A DNA stretch of 24,214 nt from Eledone cirrhosa (taxonomy: Eukaryota), in assembly GCA_964016885.1 (NCBI GenBank), contig CAXHJY010001030.1:1-24214 (forward strand), written 5' to 3'. Each line of letters starts with the position of its first letter. Within the stretch, counting starts at the first letter, position 1. Positions 16,096 through 24,214 of the stretch are shown one piece after another. The notes under the pieces are model-generated. The model made no database searches, was not told the origin of the DNA, and was given only the letters and a program-made list of their open reading frames with translations. A program made the translations under genes and the position numbers.

Positions 16096-17210
16096 ATATA
16101 TATGTATATGTGTGTGTGTATGTATATGTATATGTATGCGTATTAATTTTGATTTCTATTTGCATATAATTTATATTATGCTATTGATGAAATACAATAT
16201 CTGCTTTATGTATTGTATACCTAATTAACATATACTATTGAAATAAATATATAATTTTTAATTTAGTTAACATATAATTTTATACTCTACTACCGATGTA
16301 ATACTTTATTTTATTTTTATTTGTGTTTTTTTCCCTATTACTAAATTCATTTCCTAATATTGATACCATAACGTTATTAACTTTAATTTAGTTATACTGT
16401 AATTAATAATCTACTACTGTTTAACTTCAAAATTCTGCTTCAAATATTATAAACCTAACTAATTTACACCTTAGAAGTCAATATGTTGACTATCTTTGGT
16501 TTTGTTAACATATGATTAATGGTATACTTATTTATTTTGAGATGCATAGACTTTGCCTTAGTTCTTGATGGTTGTATTTCCTAACACTGAAAATATGTAA
16601 GAACATACATTGGATAAAGATACGGAAAATATTCTATGTTTCTTGAAACATATATTTACTTTGATCCCCTTCTCCAAACCCCCCCTTTCCCCCATACTAT
16701 TATCATCTGTATTTGTAAGCATCTATGTATGAATATATATGTAGGTAGGTGTCTATATAGGTTTGGGTATTTATATCTAAATATAAAAACACTTATATGC
16801 GCATGCAAATATGAATGTAATATTGCGTGTGTATATATGAGTGTGTATATGTATGTATATATGTGTATATATGCATTATATATGTATGTGTATGTGAATG
16901 TGTGTACGTATATGTGTATGTATGTGTATATATGTGTATATATGTGTATGCATGTATATATAGGAATATATATATGTATATATATATGTATATGTATATG
17001 CGTGTGTATGTATGTGTGTGTATGTTTGTTGTATATATATGTATGTCTCTCTATTTATATGTTTATCTTCGTATTTATGTGATATATGTGTGTGTGTGTG
17101 CATGTATGCATATGTATGTGTTTTTGTGTATTTGTGTGTGTGTGTGTATATATGTGTGTGTGCACACACACACATATATATATGTGAGTTGTATATGTGT
17201 CTGTGTATAT

Positions 17211-17271
<61 letters not shown>

Positions 17272-17373
17272 TGTCTATGTGTGAATATATGTCTATATTC
17301 GTATGTGTGTATTTATGTATGTATATGTTTATATGTATGTATGTATGTCTATGTATGTATGTATATATATGTA

Positions 17374-17412
<39 letters not shown>

Positions 17413-17669
17413 CTTTATTATTATAATATAACTTATGTGTATGTGTGTATAAGTGAGGTTGTGTATGTGTATATAATATGTGTATATATAAATGTAAAAA
17501 AATATATATATATATGTGCATGTCTGTTTTTTATGTGTGTGTATATATATATATATATATATACGTGTGTATATATATGTATATGTGGGTGTTTGTATGT
17601 GTATTTATGGTGGTATAAGTGTGTGGATATCTATGTGTATATATATATTTATATATATGTATGAGTGTA

Positions 17670-17718
<49 letters not shown>

Positions 17719-18017
17719 ATATATATATATATATATGTATGTGTATGTATGTGTGTATATATATATCTCTATTAATGCGTGTGTGTATGTATATACATAT
17801 GCCTTTTTATTATTATTTTTATTTGTATGTCTGAGTTTAGGTGAGGTTGTAGTGATTTTTTATGTATATACGCATATATGGTTGCGTATGTATTTGTATA
17901 TATGAGTATAAGTAAGTACATATGTATGTATGATTATATATCTAATTCTGTATATGAATATACATGTATATATATATGTGTGTATGTAAGTTGTGTGTGT
18001 ATGTATCTATATGTCTA

Positions 18018-18048
<31 letters not shown>

Positions 18049-18127
18049 GTGCGTATATGTACATGTATGTACATGTATGTGTGTGTGTATGTGTATGTAT
18101 ATTTATGTGTATGTGTATGTATGTATG

Positions 18128-18168
<41 letters not shown>

Positions 18169-18420
18169 ATATATATATATATGGGTATATATCTTTATTA
18201 TTTATTTTTTATATATATGTGTATGTGTGTATGTGTTGCGTGCGTGTGTGTGTATATATATATATCCTTATATATGTGTATGTGTATGTTCGTGTAGGTA
18301 TATGTGTGTGTATGACTGTATATGTATGTGTGTATGTGTGTATGCGTAAATATTTCTATGTGTGTGTACATGTATGTATGTATATATATCTGTATGTGTA
18401 TGTATATTATATTATATTTA
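15990..18420. repeat. Degenerate (TA/TG) microsatellite-rich blocks inside the PLE-2 3' region
   Basis: Mixed TATG/TGTG/TATA runs lying between the ORF stop and the hammerhead. Confidence 0.85.
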
Positions 18421-18988
18421 TTATATTTTATTGTTTTATTTTTTTATTTTTCTTAATTTATAGATACATTTATATTAGGCAGTCTGCTCAGACAATTGAA
18501 TACTGACCCCTCCCCCCCCTCCCACCTAATTTCTGTATCTTGATCTAAAAATGTGTGTGCCAGTGTTTTATGTGAGTGAATTAATATCCATGTGCTTATG
18601 ATTTTATATCCACATATATAAATGTGAGTGGGGGTGTGTGTGTGTTTGTATGTTCGTGGTTATGTGTATATTTATGCATATATGCGCGTGTATGTGTGAT
18701 TGTACTGATATGTGTGAGTATGAAAAAATATATTTATATACTTGATTCCATAAGTATCAATGCGCATCTTATCTGCGCATTGTAAGCTTACTGAGACATT
18801 AACCTTGAAATTTTGTATTTGCATCCATCCTTTTAGTATGCGTATACAAATTATACATACATTTTTGTAAAATATGTGTAAGGGTTTTACATGTATATAC
18901 ACACACCAAACTGCATTTAACCCTTTGTGTTTTCATTGGTCAATTTTGAACTGAAATTTTGAATTGTTGTTATTATCAATAAATATAC

Positions 18989-19143
18989 TTCATTATTTCT
19001 GAAGACGGCGTATATATGTGTTTGGTATGTATATTTAATCTTGATAATTTGTATAATTTTGTATAATTTTGTACATAGATCTGTTGAATATGCATACCAA
19101 TTCTAACACATATATATCCTAGAAACGATCGTTAAATAATGAA
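18989..19143 (+). ncRNA. Type I hammerhead ribozyme with ~115-nt extended stem II (PLE-2 pLTR)
   Basis: Stem I TTCATTATTT/AAATAATGAA (10 bp, perfect); CTGAAGA 18999-19005; long stem II 19006-19121; GAAA 19122-19125; palindromic stem III ACGATCGT; predicted cleavage after GUU at 19133. Confidence 0.8.
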
Positions 19144-19197
19144 CTTTTTTTGTTTAATATAAGGAATTGTTTATTCATTATTTGTTTAATATTTTAT

Positions 19198-21083
<1,886 letters not shown>

Positions 21084-21276
21084 TTAGTTATACTATTTAT
21101 GGTTATGTAAACACAAAACCTTAAGCAGTTGTAAGTATTTTACACACACCCTAAATAGTGGTAGGCAGTAATGTATTACTACCTTATTACCAGTAAGTTA
21201 AGTAGCTCAATGTAAAAACATCAGATGATTTACAGAGCAGTTATATGAAATATAAGAATCAAAGAACTGTTCAAAA

Positions 21277-21342
21277 CATTATTGTGCTTACAGCTGTTTC
21301 CTCCAAACCGAGGTTTGGATTCTTCGGAGCAATTTATTAATG
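21277..21342 (-). ncRNA. Minimal type I hammerhead ribozyme, core variant CCGAAGA
   Basis: - strand reads TGCT CCGAAGA A TCCAAAC-CTCG-GTTTGGA G GAAA CAGCTG TA AGCA. Palindromic stem III ACAGCTGT, GUA site, distal pairing CATTA/TAATG. Confidence 0.72.
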
Positions 21343-21386
21343 CATGGACAGTTATATGACCTCCTTTTCAGCCGAGAGACATACCA

Positions 21387-21422
21387 ATACATATTCAAAC
21401 ATTGATACATATTCAAACATTG
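21387..21422. repeat. 18-bp tandem duplication ATACATATTCAAACATTG x2
   Basis: Exact adjacent copies at 21387-21404 and 21405-21422. Confidence 0.9.
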
Positions 21423-21946
21423 TGGGTCAACATTCATTACAGAATTTAGAGTGGCAGTACACACTTCGAGATTACATTTATATTAATAGGTACAATCAAA
21501 AAAATCAAAGATATAGGTTAAAGTACAACATGAAGATAAGTGGTTATATAGTGCAAATGTTATATGTGTGGCACGCATGTGCGTCTTGTTTATATAGTGT
21601 GGCAGAGAGATATGTGTGGTAGAGGCACTTAGGTAGGTAAATAAGAGTGTTAGGTTGGTAGATCTGGTGGCAAAGTCTTTATATGATTGATATAGTCTGT
21701 GTGTGGAGAAATATTATAAGCATTAAAGATAGTGCAAGCATTAAAAGTGTTATAAGTATTGGAGATGCACAGCGCAGGGATGTCAAGTAATTCATGTACT
21801 TCGGTATTTTCATGGTCAAGGGAGTGTATATTTCGATTATATGCCTTTCACATAATCCACGACAATCCAGTTAGAGATCGTAGTCTGGTGCTCTTTAGTT
21901 CGATACAGGTGGTTGTTACGTTTCGAGAGACGCCATTGAATATTCA

Positions 21947-22817
<871 letters not shown>

Positions 22818-22818
22818 A

Positions 22819-23370
22819 GCTAAGGGCAAAGGTGAAAAGCGAAATCACCTTCCGAAGGAGAACCAAGCGCAGAGGGACCAGTGGACAACTGTTCAAAGAA
22901 AGAACAGAAAGCACCGAGACACTGGGAGCAAAAAACACCAAGTAATGTGCAAGTTTTTCAAGAACGGGACATGCTGGTATGGAGAGACAGGGATGGGATG
23001 CAGATTCGCCCACCCTAGGTCTCAAACGAACTATGCCCATCATACTCGCGCAACATGCCCCAGCCAAAGCCGAAATAAGCCGCTCCAGAAGTATGCTGAT
23101 GTCGCGCGTGCTGCACCAACAAGGAGAAGGCACGCACATGCCGACGAGATACAGATGGCAGCAGCAGATCAGAAAAATTTTTTAGTGATGGCCGAGAAGA
23201 TTGTGGGACAGCTGACCTGGCTGCATCGTCTCCAGAGCCAGGGTCATCCACACCAGCACTCGAGACCACCGCAGTTAAGGGACCCAGAGTGGCCGCCGCT
23301 GACACCAGACCAGGTGTCATACCGACAGCCATTACTGGCACCCCAAAAGTCACACCAGTGCTGCTGCTGA
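22819..23370 (+). CDS. LINE ORF1 C-terminal fragment with CCCH zinc finger
   Basis: [22 protein letters not shown] (C-x7-C-x8-C-x3-H, 22948-23013), basic region, P/Q-rich tail, stop TGA 23368-23370. Confidence 0.75.
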   Translation, partial: AKGKGEKRNHLPKENQAQRDQWTTVQRKNRKHRDTGSKKHQVMCKFFKNGTCWYGETGMGCRFAHPRSQTNYAHHTRATCPSQSRNKPLQKYADVARAAPTRRRHAHADEIQMAAADQKNFLVMAEKIVGQLTWLHRLQSQGHPHQHSRPPQLRDPEWPPLTPDQVSYRQPLLAPQKSHQCCC

Positions 23371-24214
23371 ATGTCAGGGGCCTGGTGAAACTCAGCAACA
23401 TGAGTAAAATTTCCTACCTGGGAGACTTAGCCATAAGCAATCAAGCACTATGCATGGCACTAACCGAAACGCACCTGACAAGCAGTATAGCAGATGCAGA
23501 AATACATATACCGAAATATACTGTATTTCGTTCGGACAGGAAGGAGAGAACTCATGGTGGGGTTGCTCTGTATATCCGTGAAGATGTCACACCAATTGTT
23601 CTGTTGACACATTCAAACTCAGTCTGTGACACACTGATAATACATATGAAGCAACTACAGACGGTAATATGTGTCACATATCGGCCGCCCGATGCCCCCA
23701 GTCATGAGGGTAAATTTGAGGATAGCCTAAGTAGGATAGAAGAGGTCCTTGACAAACTGGACCAGGGTCTCAACATCCTACTGCTGGGAGACTTCAACCT
23801 ACCAAAGGTCAAATGGCCTGAGGGCCACCTCCTCCCTGGAATGACGTCAATAGAACAGAGACAGACGGAATCCCTGCTGGCCCTCACACACAGGCTGTTC
23901 ATGGAGCAAGCAATACTCCTCCCAACAAGAGGCGAAAATGTCCTGGACCTCTGTTTTACAAACAACGAAGTGCTCATCCACAATGTAAAGGTGACACCAA
24001 CAATTCTCTCGGATCATAACTTGGTAGAGCTAATGATATGTGGTCCAAGAGAACCAACAGAGACAAAACCACCAAGAAGCTCCGGGACGCTATCCAGCCT
24101 TAACTTCTACGGGGCTGACTGGAAGAAGATTAAGAGTGAAATCCGGAAGCAAACATGGAGTGCAAACATCGCCACACAAGACACTAACACACAATTTCAA
24201 CACTTCATGACAAC
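23100..24214 (+). CDS. LINE ORF2 N-terminus: apurinic-like (APE/EEP) endonuclease, partial; absent from the ORF track
   Basis: My translation gives [59 protein letters not shown]. The frame opens after TGA 23097-23099 and has no stop to the window end; first ATG is at 23400. Confidence 0.92.
23175..23184 (+). promoter_or_regulatory. Candidate -1 ribosomal frameshift slippery site (A AAU UUU overlapping U UUU UUA)
   Basis: In ORF1 phase (AAA AAT TTT TTA), inside the ORF1/ORF2 overlap; ORF2 is in the -1 frame. Confidence 0.6.

Larger units (their letters stand above)
9661..19197. mobile_element. Penelope-like retroelement PLE-2 (probably Hydra-clade-like): 5'-truncated + strand copy preceded by an inverted partial copy
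   Basis: RT/GIY-YIG ORF, hammerhead near each outer end, both ends abut (TA)n. Clade call is from my recollection of the CxCx5C linker and absent CCHH motif, not from a phylogeny. Confidence 0.88.
9795..19197. repeat. Large inverted repeat, arms 9795-14012 and 15007-19197, spacer 14013-15006
   Basis: Mirror sums are 29019 at the inner end (13496/15523) and 28992 at the outer end (10090/18902). The net 27-bp difference arises within the microsatellite-rich part. Confidence 0.95.
22818..24214 (+). mobile_element. 5'-truncated APE-type non-LTR retrotransposon (probably CR1/L2 group), running off the window end
   Basis: GC content jumps; an ORF1 remnant with a CCCH finger overlaps an APE-domain ORF2. 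Confidence 0.88.

Noticed and set aside
16184-16220. TTGATGA followed by a weak hairpin, hammerhead-like
   Set aside because: No GAAA or stem III at the required position.
10486-18506. Many C/V/Y/M-rich short ORFs
   Set aside because: Translations of degenerate TA/TG repeats, duplicated only because of the inverted repeat.
21620-21946. - strand frame that reads through one TGA (selenoprotein-type PLE?)
   Set aside because: The peptide shows no RT or GIY-YIG motifs and I could not identify a SECIS element.

Overview
Eukaryotic, very AT-rich repeat locus, probably from an invertebrate, with no host gene. The backbone is a compound (TA)n-CACA satellite in four arrays (1-3466, 9214-9660, 19198-21080, 21947-22817) separated by retroelements. 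(1) PLE-1 is a Penelope-like element (RT + C-terminal GIY-YIG) arranged as a ~5.7 kb spacer-less palindrome centred at 6323/6324. (2) PLE-2 is an unrelated Penelope-like element, probably Hydra-clade-like, arranged as a ~9.4 kb inverted repeat with a 994 bp spacer and a ~3.7 kb microsatellite-filled 3' region. (3) An 866 bp non-coding segment carries its own hammerhead motif. (4) A 5'-truncated APE-type LINE has a CCCH-finger ORF1 and an ORF2 apparently reached by -1 frameshifting. By hand I found three different hammerhead-ribozyme motifs: a convincing type I motif with a ~115-nt stem II extension (PLE-2), a compact U4C-variant motif (orphan segment) and a weaker one (PLE-1). The long YI-repeat ORFs are translations of microsatellite.
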